This document shows positions 51,232 to 64,000 of a DNA stretch of 64,000 bases, piece by piece (position 1 is the first letter of the stretch; each line of letters starts with the position of its first letter). The notes under the pieces are model-generated. The model was given only the letters and a program-made list of their open reading frames with translations, did not search any database and was not told the origin of the DNA. The DNA comes from Octopus vulgaris (lineage: Eukaryota), in assembly GCA_951406725.2 (NCBI GenBank), contig OX597828.1, forward strand, positions 18,786,001 through 18,850,000, read 5' to 3'. Both the position numbers and the translations under genes were made by a program.

Positions 51232-51940
51232 AGCTGGCAGGATCGTTAGCATGCCAGGCAAAATGTTGGGCAGTATTTCATCTGTCTTTACATTCCAAGT
51301 TCAAAAGTCCACCAAGGTCGACATTGCCTTTCATCTTTTCGGGGTTGATAAATTAATTACCAGTTGCATACTGGGGTTGATCTAATCGACTGGCCCCCTC
51401 CCCTTGTACATGGAGTAGAAGAGGATCGTTAGCACGCCAGGCAAAATGCTTAGCAGCATTTCATTCATCCTTAGGTTGTGAGTTCAAATGCTGCTAAGGT
51501 TGACTTTACCTTTAAACATTTTCAGGGTTGATGAATTAAGTACTAATTGAAAATTGGGGTCGATGCACTTGACTTACCCACTTCTCCAGACCTGCTGGTC
51601 TTGTGCTAAAATTTGACTCCCGAAAAGATAGAAAGCAAAGTCAACCTTGGCAGAATTTGTATTCAGAACGTAAAGACGTACGAAATGCTGATAAGAATTT
51701 TTGGTCAGAATGCTAACGATTCTGTCAGCTCACTGCCTTAAATACAGTAAATAGTAATTATGCGAAACAAAAATACTGACAAGCATTTTGTCCATCGTTA
51801 TGTACTGAGATCTAATTCTGCCAAGGCTAACTGTTTTTCATCCATTTGAGGTTGATAAAATAAGTACCAGTGGAGCACTGGGGTTGATGTAATTGACTTA
51901 CCTCATCCCTAAAATTGCTGGCCTTGTGCTAAAAATTGAA

Positions 51941-51975
<35 letters not shown>

Positions 51976-52190
51976 GGCAGTGAGCTGGCAGAATCATAGG
52001 CATGCCAAATAAAAAGCTTAGAGACATTCTGTATATCTTTATGTCCTGAATTCGAATTCCACTGAGGTTGACTTTGTCTTTCATCCATTAAGAATTGATA
52101 AAATAAAGTACCAGTCATGTATTGGGATCAATGTAGTCAACTGGCCCCTCCCCAAAAATTTCAGGCCTTTTGCCTGTAGTAGACAGGATT
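51232..52190. mobile_element. Cluster of about five family D SINE units
   Basis: Repeated GCTGGCAGAATC / GACTTTGCCTTTCATCC / AAGTACCAG motifs. Confidence 0.75.
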
Positions 52191-53044
52191 ATTTTATATA
52201 ACTAAGAGAGACAACTCAAAATATGTTCCAGACTTATCATCACATCAGCAAATCATAGACTTCACTACACTTGCTACGTTAGTGATGATAGAATCACCAT
52301 GGAAATATTGTTGGTGGTGGTGGTGGTGGTCATTGAACAGACTGCTGCTATTGTTTAGCCCTAGGTCAACCTTGATCTAGTAGATCTATGATGAAAAATG
52401 TTCTAGCTAAGATCACCCAGTCATTTTTTTTAGCTAGACACATTATCCAGAGGTTTCTCTAAAAGTGTGGGGGGATATTTAGCCTTTTGATGAGTGATTT
52501 TTGGCTGCTATTTCTAGCAGTTACTGCAACTTTATTTATGGTTGGCTTGTATGTTTAATATTGCGTCATGTTTTTTTGTGTTTATTACCATAATTACTAT
52601 CGTCGTCATCACCTCCACCACCATCACTAGCATCACCACTGGTACAACCACCATCATCTCCACCACCACCACCACCAATAGCAACAACAATTACCATCAT
52701 CATCATCACTCCATCCCCATCAACACAACCACTACCACCACCATTTCCATCATCACTGCCACTACCACCACAACTGTCACCACCATCTTTTATCACCGCC
52801 ATTATCACCAGCACCACTGCAACAACGCCAACTATTTCCACCATTACTAGCTCAACTCTGATTAAGCAGAATGTGATCGAAGGCATTCCATTCATGACAA
52901 TCTCATCAGTTTCTTCAAGCACAGTGTATCTAAAAAGTACATCACCTAATGTGCCCCTTTGTTATACATTTGGCTGCTATTTCTAGCAGATTCAGAGACA
53001 CTATATGCACTCCCTCACTGGCTTCCCATTATATAATGTAGTAA

Positions 53045-53450
53045 GGTAGCAAGCTGGCAGAAACGTTAGTGCGCTGGGCTAAATACTTAGCAGTATTTCG
53101 TCTGCCGCTACATTCTGAGTTCAAATTCCACCAAGGTCGACTTTGCCTTTCATCTTTTCGGGTTCGATTAAATAAGTACCAGTTACGCACTGGGGTCGAT
53201 GTAATCGACTTAATCCGTTTGTCTGTCCTTGTTTGTCCCTGCTGTGTTTAGCCCCTTGTGGGTAGTAAAGAAATAGAAATAGGTATTTCATTGGTCTCTA
53301 CATTCTGAGTTCAAATTCCGCTGAGGTCGACTTTGCCTTTCATCCTTTCAGGGTCAATAAATCAAGTACCAGTTGCGTACTGGGGTCAATCTGATTGACT
53401 GGCCCCCTCCCCCCAAATTTTCAGGTCTTGTGCCTAGAGTAGAAAAGATT
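53045..53450 (+). mobile_element. Family D SINE, two tandem units
   Basis: Same two-unit layout as 9376-9770. Confidence 0.8.
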
Positions 53451-54464
53451 ATTTTTATGTAGTTGTTGTTTAGCCCCAGGTCAGCTCTGATCGAGTAGCC
53501 CTCTCATCGAAAGTCATTCCCAACTATGACCATCCTTCCTCTTATCTTCTGTCCTTCAGATACAGTGTGTATCAATCTGGGATTACATTATCTAATGTGT
53601 CCTTCTTTTTAAGATAGTAAGGGGTAGTTTGATGGAAATTTAGCTGCTATTTTTAGCATGGCAAACAACAATGTAGATGCTGTCAATGATCAAGGGCATT
53701 CCAGATGTGACTACTCCATCTCATTAGTCAATAACTACATTATCCAATGCATACTTCCTATGATAGTGGTGGTGGTGGTGGTTGTCTAGGTGACAATGGT
53801 GGTGTGGGTGATGGTGTTGATAATGATGACAGTGATGGCTATGGTGGTGACTGAGTTAACAGAGGTTGTGATGATGGTTGGAGGGATGGTTTTCTATGAA
53901 GACAGAGACAGCAATGATGGTGGCGATGGTGGTGGAGATGGTTGTGGTAGTGGTGCAAGGGGACCATGGTGATAGTGATCATGGTGGTTTTTAGTGATGA
54001 TAGTTGTGATGATTATGGTGATGGTGGTGGTGGTGGTAATGGATGTGGTTTTGGTGATGGTAACAGTAATAGAATTGATGGTAGTAGTAGTTAGGTAGTG
54101 GGGATGGTGGTGATGGTGGTGGTGGTGGTTTTATTTGTGATAGTAATGGACTGAATGAACTAAGGTGTGTTTGAGAGTGAAGAAGTGCCAGTATTATATA
54201 TACAGATAATAACAGGATATAGTCTGAAATTTTCTTTCTTGGTTGTACCTACACCATTTCAGGGCTTTTATTGTTATTTTTGTTGGGGTCCGTGTTGAAA
54301 GGACCATTTGAATAAGTACTAGGCTTACAAAGAATAAGTCCTGAGGTCGATTTGCTCAACTAAAAGCAGTGTTCCAACATGGCTACAGTCAAATGACTGA
54401 AACAAGTAAAAAAGAGTAAAATACATACATATATATATATATATATATTCTCTCTTTTTTTTCT

Positions 54465-54853
54465 CTTTAGCTTGTTTCAGTCATTTGACTGCGGCCATGC
54501 TGGAGCACCGCCTTTAATCGAGCAACTCGACCCCGGGACTTATTCTTTTGTAAGCCCAGTACTTATTCTATCGGTCTCTTTTGCCAAACCGCTAAGTAAC
54601 GGGGACATAAACACAGCAGCATCGGTTGTCAAGCAATGCTTGGGGGACAAACACAGACACACACACGCATATATATATATACATATATACGACGGGCTTC
54701 TTTCAGTTTCCATCTACCAAATCCACTCACAAGGTTTTGGTCGGCCCGGGGCTATAGTAGAAGACACTTGCCCAAGGTGCCACGCAGTGGGACTGAACCT
54801 GGAACCATGTGGTTGATTAGCAAGCTACTTACCACACAGCCACTCCTGCGCCT
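54465..54853 (-). mobile_element. SINE family A
   Basis: Full length; tail-to-tail with a partial copy at 54300-54420. Confidence 0.9.
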
Positions 54854-54887
<34 letters not shown>

Positions 54888-55188
54888 AGGTGGTGCCCCA
54901 GCATGGCCACACTCTAATGACTGAAACAAGCAAAGATAAAAGATATCAGTTAAAAGGATTCATTATGAATCGATGAACATCAGTGTACAGAACATCACCA
55001 ATTGACTAGAAGAATCAAACAAAGCAGACAGCGAAACAATCCATTGTCGTAGATACCAATTATATAGAACTGGATACTGTTGTTGGGTGATTCTCAATTC
55101 CAATTATTTTCCAATGATTTGATAACTAGGGGATTTCATGGTGTTGCACAATGTCGCAAATTTAAACACCATCTGTCTGTAATTTTAT

Positions 55189-55234
<46 letters not shown>

Positions 55235-55484
55235 TGTTTCGTGTTCGTGGTATTGACAAGTCATGAAGATAGCAAAACATTAATGTCTATTGCCCCTGTA
55301 ATGGAACCTGAAGAGAGTTACCTTGCTTGTCTATGACTTCCAGGTGTTTTAACACCCGGAGAATTCATGGGAATATATTCTCTTGCACCTACAATTGCAG
55401 CCTGCCCATGAACTAACAAAATGCTGTGTTATGTGTGTTCGATATTGTTTATATCCCTAAGGCTGTTTCTCATTTATATCTGAA

Positions 55485-55522
<38 letters not shown>

Positions 55523-55715
55523 AGAGAGAGAGAGGGAAAGAGATGTATATGTATAGATAAATATGTATATACATGTGAGGTGCTGGAAAATGATCTTAAG
55601 AAGTTTCATTTCAAAATTAAATGACAGTAGAACAGGTAATGCAAGGTGATGCGGAACACCTGATCTCCCACACAAACTTAGTGTGTACACCCCACTGCCT
55701 ATTTTTTGTGCATAG

Positions 55716-56098
55716 ACACAGGTGTGGCTGTGTGGTTAGAAGCTTGCTTTCCAACTACATGGTTTTGGGTTCAGTCCCCACTGCATGACACCTTGGGCAA
55801 GTGTCTTCTACTATAGCCTCAGGCCAGCCAAAGCCTTGTGAGTGGATTTGGTAGACAGAAACTGAAAGAAGCCTGACGTGTGTGTGTATGTGTGTCCCCA
55901 CTGCCATCACCTGACAGCCAATGCTGGTGTGTTTATGTCCCAGTAACTTTGTGGTTCAGCAAAAGGGACTGATAAAATAAGAACTAAGCTTACAAAGAAT
56001 AAGTCGTTGGCTCGATTTCTTCGACTAAAAAGTCCTTAAGGTGGTGCTCCAGCATGGTCACAGTGAAATGATTGAAACATGTATAAAAGAATAAAAGA
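55716..56098 (+). mobile_element. SINE family A (older)
   Basis: Full length, diverged. Confidence 0.85.
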
Positions 56099-56840
56099 AC
56101 ATCCGTTCCCTTATCTATTGGCTATTGTTTACTCTCACATACTCCCCATCAACTACACTCCTAACCACAGTGCCCATTCTCTGCCCTCTCATCTCCCAAT
56201 CAGCTCTCCTACTCACCGTGCCATGCCACCCACAACAGAAAGAAATTACTCAATTTGTTTACATTGAATAGTTCTCCGCCTATATGTCAACCTCCTAAAT
56301 CCTGTTCTGCTTTCTTTGTTCTTTCCTCACAAAACACCATACTTGAGTGCGAGGGATTGCATTCTGGCAATCTTGAACAAAAAACTCCCAGATTCTCCCC
56401 TTGCACAGGCAAGAGTTGGGGTTAACATCCAGAAGGGCAAATGAAAGAGCATCAAGCCATTAAAATTCTGTGCCGATGTATCCTTATTTGACCCCTGTGC
56501 CTCACAGTGGGATTGAACCTGAAACTTCTTGATTGCGAAAGAAACTTCTTAACCACACGACTACACCCACCTGATTCATGTTTTTATATAAACGAATTGG
56601 AACAGGATCTTCAAAAGGAAAAAAAACAGAAAAAGAAAGAAAAAAATAGGAAAGTAGTTGTTACATATAAAACAAACCAATTAATAGAGAGGAAAATACT
56701 TAATAAACATTTGAAGGACATCAAAATCAACAAAAGGCCTCTTTCTAATAAGCCGTAATAGTCTCGTTATGAATGAGCTCGCTTATTTTCAAGAATTGCT
56801 TATCAGTTCCGCAATAAATAAATAAATATTAAATAAATAA

Positions 56841-57243
56841 GGCGCAGGAGTGGCTGTGTGGTAAGTAGCTTGCTAACCAACCACATGCTTCTGGGTTCAG
56901 TCCCACTGCGTGGCATCTTGGGCAAGTGTCTTCTGCTATAGCCTCGGGCCGACCAATGCCTTGTGAGTGGATTTGGTAGACGGAAACTGAAAGAAGCCTG
57001 TCGTATATATGTATATATATATGTATGTGTGTGTGTGTCTGTCTTTGTCCCCCCAGCATTGCTTGACAACCGATGCTGGTGTGTGTGTTTACGTCCCCGT
57101 TACTTAGCGGTTCGGCAAAAGAGACCGATAGAATAAGTACTGGGCTTACAAAGAATAAGCCCCGGGGTCGATTTGCTCGACTAAAGGTGGTGCTCCAGCA
57201 TGGCCGCAGTCAAATGACTGAAACAAGTAAAAGAGTAAAAGAG
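56841..57243 (+). mobile_element. SINE family A, young copy
   Basis: Full length; candidate TSD TAAATAA at 56834-56840 and 57244-57250. Confidence 0.9.
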
Positions 57244-58712
57244 TAAATAAATGAAAACAATAATTTGTGAATTTGTGGAGCAAATAATGTACATTAATTA
57301 TACAAGCATTAGCCAGAAGGAAGAAGGGTAAATGAATGAAAGAACAGAGAGAGTGAAGGAGTGTTTGTTAGACATTAGGTTTATTAACAAGAGTTATTTT
57401 AATTTCAGGGGATGGATAGTATCCTACTAAGATACACTGCTGCTGTTGTTATTTAGCCCTAGGTCTGCCATGATCCAGCAGACCTCTTATGATCAAGGTC
57501 ACAGCAGCCAAGAGATCAGCTAGTCTTTATCCGTTTGTCTTTTAACTTTTGCTTGTTTCAGTCATTGGACTGCGGCCATGCTGGGGCACTGCCTTGAAGT
57601 GTCCTATTCTAGTCGAACAACTTGACCCCAGGATTTATTTTGTTTATAAAGTTTAGTACTTGTTCTATTGGCCTCTTTAGCCAAGCTGTTAAGTTACAAG
57701 AATGTAAACAAACCAACACTGGTTTGTTGTCAAACAGCAGTGAGGTACAAACATAAAGAACAAAGACACACACTGCGGCCATGCTGGAGCACCACCTTTA
57801 GTTGATTGAATCGATCCCAGGACTTATTCTTTGTAAGCCTAGTACTTATTCTATCGGTCTCTCTTGCTGGACCGCTAAGTGACGGGGATGTAAAGACACC
57901 AGCATCGGTTGTCAAGCGATATTGGAGGTGGGGGGGGGCAAACACAGACACACAAACATAAATATATATATATATATATATATACAACAGGCTACTTTCA
58001 GTTTATGTCTACCAAATCCATGACACTTGCCTAAGGTGCCACGCAGTGGGACTGAACTCAGAACCATGTGGTTGGTAAGCAAGCTATTTACCACAGCAGC
58101 CACTCCTCCTGCACCTATAAAACTAATGATGATGATGATGATGATTTGGAAATCTCAAAACTACAAGATAATGCAGGATTTATTCCAAAACAATATAAAT
58201 AAATAAGCAATACATATTTGAAAGAGTTATCTGATTAATGAAGGCTTAGAGGGAACTTAGTCGCTTTTTCTAGCAGTGAAACCATCACATGCAGACTATC
58301 TTAATGTAAAATGAAGATGAAGTTGAAGTATTTGGCGGTGACCCGAAGACACTGCTAGAATCATTGCATCATATTCTATTTCCATCTTTGTCCTCAAGTA
58401 TGGCTAAATTTCTTCTAAATCCAAACAAAACCTTTTTGTTGGACACAAAATAAGAAAATAAAAAACTTTTTTTTCTTTTTCTTTCTATTGATTTAACAAC
58501 TTAACTAAGTTTCCTATTCTAAGGCTGTTTCCGTTTCTAATAATTTTAGTCTCAATGTAATGTCTGTTCTTGCACAAAAGAACATTTTTAAATCCTATCT
58601 GTTTTTTTTATTTTTATTTTTTTAGTGTTTTGGTGTATGTGTACATGTTTAATTGTATGAATGCATGTGTGTTGTGTGTGCATCCATGTGTGTGTGTGAA
58701 ACTGTGTGAGTG

Positions 58713-59007
58713 TTTATGAAGTGTGTGTGTTTATGAAGTGTGTGTGTTTATGAAGTGTGTGTGAGTGTTTATGAAGTGTGTGTGTTTATGAAGTGTGTGT
58801 GTTTATGAAGTGTGTGTGAGTGTTTATGAAGTGTGTGTGTTTATGAAGTGTGTGTGAGTGTTTATGAAGTGTGTGTGTTTATGAAGTGTGTGTGAGTGTT
58901 TATGAAGTGTGTGTGTTTATGAAGTGTGTGTGAGTGTTTATGAAGTGTGTGTGTTTATGAAGTGTGTGTGTTTATGAAGTGTGTGCGCGTGTTTATGAAG
59001 TGTGTGC
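58713..59007. repeat. 17/21-bp minisatellite TTTATGAAGTGTGTGTG(AGTG), 16 units
   Basis: Units counted directly. Confidence 0.95.
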
Positions 59008-59059
59008 ACGTGTATGTGTGTGTTCATGAGTTTTTTATATATGTGTGCATCTGTACACG

Positions 59060-59311
59060 TGTGTAGGTCTGTGTGTGTGTGGGTCCATGTGTGTGTGTGT
59101 GTGGGAGGGTCCATGTGTGTGGGTGAGTGGGTGTGGGTGAATGTGGGCCCATCCGTGTGTGTGTGTGTGAGCCCATGTAAGGGGGGGGGGGGGCTGTGTG
59201 TGTAGGGGGGTCTGTGTGTGTAGGGGGGGTCTGTGTTTGTGTGTGTGTGGGTCTGTGTTTGTTGTGTGTGTGTGTGGGTGTGTGTGTGTGTGTGTCTGTG
59301 TGTGTGTGTGG

Positions 59312-59367
<56 letters not shown>

Positions 59368-59592
59368 CTGTGTGTGTGTGTGTGGGTCTGTGTTTGTGTG
59401 TGTGTGTGGGTCTGTGTTTGTGTGTGTGTGTGGGTCTGTGTTTGTGTGTGTGGGTCTGTGTTTGTGTGTGGGTCTGTGTGTGTGTGGGTCTGTGTGTGTG
59501 TGTGTGTGTGGGTCTGTGTGTGTGTGTGTGGGTCTGTGTGTGTGTGTGTGTGTGGGTCTGTGTTTGTGTGTGTGTGGGTCTGTGTTTGTGTG
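59060..59592. repeat. GGGTCT(GT)n minisatellite
   Basis: Read directly. Confidence 0.95.
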
Positions 59593-60186
59593 CCCGTGTA
59601 TTTATGTATGTACATGTGTGTATGTGTATGTGTGCTTGTAGTTGTGTACATATTTGTGGGTCTGTGGCGCTTTACAAGTTTCTGCTACATTGTCTGCTCA
59701 TACACATGCTAACTTGTTTTTGATTTGTACTTTTTTTTTTGCTTTGTTTTGGTTCATTCTATATATTTTCTCTTCCTCTTAGAACAGTGCCATTTTTTGT
59801 TTGTCTTCCGATATTTTTACACATTATATTTTACATCAATGCTTGACAGAGACCATTGACAGTATTCAAACCAACCGCTCTCAAACTGACAACGCTTTCT
59901 CATACACAGTATCTACATAGTCTCTTATAAGTCAATGAAGACGTGCACCTCTATGTGGCTATTCGACCTACTAGAAATAACAGCCAAAATATATATTCCT
60001 CAAATACGCACAGGAATGACTGAGTGGTTAAGAAGCTCACTTAGGTAACTTTGCAGCCCCGTGGTTTTGGGTTCAGCCCCACTGTACAGCAGTTTTGTCA
60101 AGTGTCTTCTACTGTAAGGCATACACCAAATTCACTGGCAATGCCTTGTACATGAATTTGGTAGATGGTAACTGAAGAAACCTGTT

Positions 60187-60242
<56 letters not shown>

Positions 60243-60369
60243 TAAAAAATGGAGTTAACGCAGGTTTAAACAAGTATTTTTACTTTCTACATATGTAACT
60301 ATTCATTCATTTATCCGTGTTAATTGTTAACAAGGTAAAATACACTCATCTATATATATATATATATGG

Positions 60370-61075
60370 AATTTGAACTCAGATAACTCAGATTTAATTC
60401 ATCATCATCATTATCATCATCGTTTAACGTCCGTTTTCCGCGAGGCACAAGGCCTGAAAGTTGGTGTGGAGAGAGGGATCCAATTGATTAGATCAACCCC
60501 AGTATGCAACTGGTACTTAATTTGCCAACCCCGAAAGGATAGAAGGCAAAGTCGACCTCAGCAGAATTTGAACTCAGATTTAATTTTTTCTGCTAAAGGC
60601 ACAAGGCCTGAAATTTGGAGGGAGGAGGGGGTCCAGTTGATTAGATCAATCTCAATACATAACTGGTACTGAAAAGATGAAAGGCAAAGTCAACCATGGT
60701 AGAATTTGAACTCAGATCATAGTGGCAGATGAAATACTGCTAAGTTATTCCGCCTGGCGAGCTGACGATTCTGCCAGCTTGCTGCCTTCCTTTCTACTAA
60801 AGGCACAAAGCCTGAAATTTTGCAGGGAGGGGACTAGTTGATTAAATGGACCCCAGTGTTTTACTGGGACTTAACTTATCAACCCCAAAAGGGTGAAAGG
60901 CAAATAATAATAATCCCTTCTACTAAAGGCACAGGGCCAGAAATTTGGTGGGAGGGGATAAGTTGATTACATCGACCCTGAAAGGATAAAAGGCAAGCAA
61001 GCCTTGATGGAATTTGAACTCAGAATGTAAAGATGAATGAAAGGCTGCTAAGCATTATGCCAGCTCACCACCTTA
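60370..61075 (-). mobile_element. Cluster of family D SINE fragments
   Basis: Repeated AAAGGCAAAGTCGACC / GAATTTGAACTCAG motifs. Confidence 0.75.
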
Positions 61076-61097
61076 AATAATAATAATAAACCTGTTA

Positions 61098-61905
61098 TGT
61101 GTGGTGTGTGTGTGTGTGTGAGGAAGCGAGTGAGCATGCATGTGAGTGAGTGTGTGAGGGAGCAAACGAGTGAGTGAGTGAGGGAGCGTGCTTGCGAGTG
61201 AGTGAATGTGTGTGTTGGTTTGCGAGCAAGTGAGCTAGCATGCGTGTGTGAGTGTTTGTGTGTGTTTGTGTGTGTATGTTTGAGGAAGCGAGTGAGCATG
61301 CATGTGAGTGAGTGTGTGAGGGAGCAAGCGAGTGAGGGAGCAAGCGAGTGAGTGAATGTGTGTGTTGGTTTGCGAGCAAGTGAGCTAGCATACATGTGTG
61401 TGTGTGTGTGTTTGAGGAAGCGAGTGAGAATGCATGCATGTGTGTGAGTGGGTGTGTGAGGGAGCAAGCAAGGGAGTGAGCGAGCGAGCATGTGAGTGAG
61501 TGAGTGAGCAAGCGACTGTGTGTGTGTGTGTGTGCGTGAGCATGCATGCATGCATGTGTGAGGGAGTAAGCATGCGTGCATGTAAGTGTGTGTGAGTGAG
61601 GAAGAGAGTGAGCGTGTGTACATGCATACAAGTGAGTGAGTGTGAGGGAGCAGGCGAGGGAGTGAGTGAGGGAGCAAGCAGGCATGCGTGCTAGTGAGTG
61701 AGTGAGCAAACATGCATGTGAGTGACTGAGTGAGTCTATGTGTGCGAGCAAGCGTGCATGCATGTGAGGGAGTGAGCGTGCATGCATGCGAGGGAGTGAG
61801 TGAGCATGCATGCATGCGAGTGTGTGGTGTGTGTGTGAGTGTAGGAACAAGCATGTGTGTGAGTGAGAACCAGTGTGCATGTGAGTGTGTGTGTGTGTGT
61901 TGTGT
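61098..61905. repeat. Complex GAGT/GCAT/GAGCAAGC low-complexity satellite with ~165-bp duplication
   Basis: Block TGAGGAAGCGAGTGAGCATGCATG... at ~61119 and ~61281; source of the 329/261-aa spurious ORFs. Confidence 0.9.
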
Positions 61906-62543
61906 GTTCACTGCGTCGCCACTTGACAACTGGGCTTGGTTTGTTTGTATCTCCAGTGGTTCGGACCCCCAAAAAGTACTAGGTGGGATTAACTGTTCAA
62001 CTGAACCTTTAAAGGCAGTGGACCCCAGCATGGCCACAATAAAATGACTAAAACAACTAAAAAAAAATCTTCATAGATTCTCACACGGCAACATCCACAA
62101 AGACAGAAACAAACTACGAACACATACTATATTATCTAAAGATTTATATCTAACTAATAATTATAATGACTATCACAAACTACAGGTTAATTAGAGCACT
62201 ATTATGACTTATTATACAAATGTTCTATTATCATTACTCTCTAACAGGATTGTTAATGAAAGTACACATCAAAAGACAAGGCTATGATAGTGTTGATTCT
62301 CATTAGAATCTCCTTAGGCTCGGTATAACAGATTTAGTTATAAACATTCTGTTACGTTATATACATTCTGGAGCAGTGCTTTAACGATAACTGATGGAGA
62401 TTAATTATGTGTTTCACCATACAGCTTATGGCTTAATTTGTTATATAAATGCTAACATGCATAGTCTTGCTGTGAAGATATTTTAGGCTAAAATTCAAAT
62501 TAACTTTTATATTTAACCATAGGACGGTTCTTAGAGTAGTTAG

Positions 62544-63214
62544 TCATCATCATCATCGTTTAACGTCCGTTTTCCATGCTAGCATGGGTTGGACGGTTCG
62601 ACCGGGGACTGAGAAGCCAGGAGGCTGCACCAGGCTCTAGTCTGATCTGGCAGTGTTTCTACAGCTGGATGCCCTTCCTAATGCCAACCACTACGTGAGT
62701 GTAGTGGGTGCTTTTTGCATGCCACCGGCACAGGTGCCAGGGGAGGCTGGCAGCAGCCACGATCAGTTGGTGCTTTTTACGTGCCACCGGCACGGAAGCC
62801 ATTCAAGGCGGCGCTGGCATCAGCCACGTTCAGATGGTGCTTTTTACATGCCACCGGCACAGATATCACAACTACAATTTCCCTTTGATTTTTTTATGTT
62901 GATGTACTTGACTCAATAGGTCTCCTCAAGCACAGCAGGTTGCCCTACAATCCAAGGTAAGCACAGCAGGCCATCCTGCGATCCAAGGCACTTTGGATGA
63001 GCTGGGGCTTCGATGTGAAGCTGGTGCAGGAAACAACCATGAATTCATGTTATTTGTCGGGTTTTCACAGTCACAGCATATCTCCAGAGGTCTCGGTCTT
63101 TCGTCATTGCCTCTGTGAGATCCAGCATTTGAAGGTCATGCTTGACCACCTCATCCCATGTCTTCCTGGGTCTACTTCTACCCCGGATTCCTTCAACTGT
63201 TTGGGAGTGGCACT
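62544..63214 (-). mobile_element. 5'-truncated RTE-clade LINE (ORF C-terminus and 3' UTR)
   Basis: KCHSQTVEGIRGRSRPRKTWDEVVKHDLQMLDLTEAMTKDRDLWRYAV, then a repeat-containing 3' UTR and (GAT)n tail; same family as 20597-21245. Confidence 0.88.
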
Positions 63215-64000
63215 TCTTCTCAGACAAAATGCCTTGCTGTTTCTGTTTTTGTTTTTCTCCCCTATTCTTTTCATTATGTGTTCAAATCCCAGTGGAGAAT
63301 TCATGTGATTATGCAAAAACAAAAACAAGTCTTTTTTTTTGCGATTTAAGGGCTCTAACTGTTCTTTTTAGCACATCTCACGACCATCTGATACCTTCCT
63401 CGATTGTTTGTCACTGATATATTGATGTTTTTCAATATCATTTTCCCTGTAAACACATTTATTGATCTATTGCTGAGATTTAAGCAAAAAATTAGAACTG
63501 TCCATATTTTAAACTCCGATTTTAAAGAAAAAAATTCGAAAAATAAAAAAAATTTTTTTTTCCTTTTTAAATTGTATGAATTACTGAGAGTAAAAAACAA
63601 ATCCTAAAAAAATTTCTGAAATTCCAAAATATAAACAAGTTATGAGAGGTTATATGGGGTGCTTAAACAAGAATTCCACCTTTCATCCCTCTAGGGGTCT
63701 ACAAAATGAAATGCCAGTTTCACTCACAATGCACAGTAGCATTACTGCCAGCTTATGTTACGAGTTCAAATCTCACTGGGATCAGCTTTGACTTTCATCC
63801 TTTCAAGGTTGATAAAGTAAGAACCGGTTGAGCACTGGGGCCGATGTAATCGACTTACCCACTCCCTGAAATTGCTGGCCTTGTGCCAAAATTTAAAACC
63901 ATTATTATTATTATTACTATTATCAAGGCAGCAAGCTGACAGAATCGTTAGCATGCCAGACAAAATGCTTAGCAGTATTTTGTCCATCTTTACATCCAGA

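Noticed and set aside
55300-55345. CTGAAGA as a hammerhead core
   Set aside because: No GAAA follows the putative stem II.
58713-59007. Regularly spaced direct repeats resembling a CRISPR array
   Set aside because: No unique spacers, eukaryotic context, no cas genes; it is a minisatellite.
61048-62037. 329-aa and 261-aa His/Thr/Ser-rich ORFs (likewise 10811-11608 and 58938-59723)
   Set aside because: Low-complexity satellite translations with no domain signature.

Overview
AT-rich eukaryotic non-coding DNA, very dense in microsatellites ((TA)n, (CA)n, (AGAT)n, (TATG)n) and transposable elements. The repeat repertoire (several tRNA-derived SINE families, RTE LINE 3' ends with (GAT)n tails) looks like an octopus/coleoid cephalopod genome; this is an inference and no database was used. 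No intact host protein-coding gene can be supported, and almost all ORF-track entries are translations of microsatellites or SINEs. Supportable coding relics are a full-length but broken Tc1 (D34E) transposon, fragments of Gypsy pol, Penelope-like RT and a CR1/L2-like ORF2, and RTE C-termini. The most interesting signals are: (1) a tRNA-headed SINE-like element carrying a minimal type I hammerhead ribozyme motif, one insertion of which is a head-to-head palindrome flanked by a 13-bp direct repeat, suggesting a SINE mobilised by Penelope-like machinery; (2) a second hammerhead-like repeat family with a CUGUNGA core; (3) a retro-copied 3' half of tRNA-Trp with CCA and substitutions at normally modified positions 58 and 37; (4) a Helitron with a palindromic 3' end nested in an Hsmar1-like MITE; (5) SINE head/tail module swapping, a templated insertion and an apparent CpG boundary near 17.6 kb. 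Interspersed-repeat boundaries are approximate (about +/-10-20 bp) unless TIRs or TSDs are quoted.
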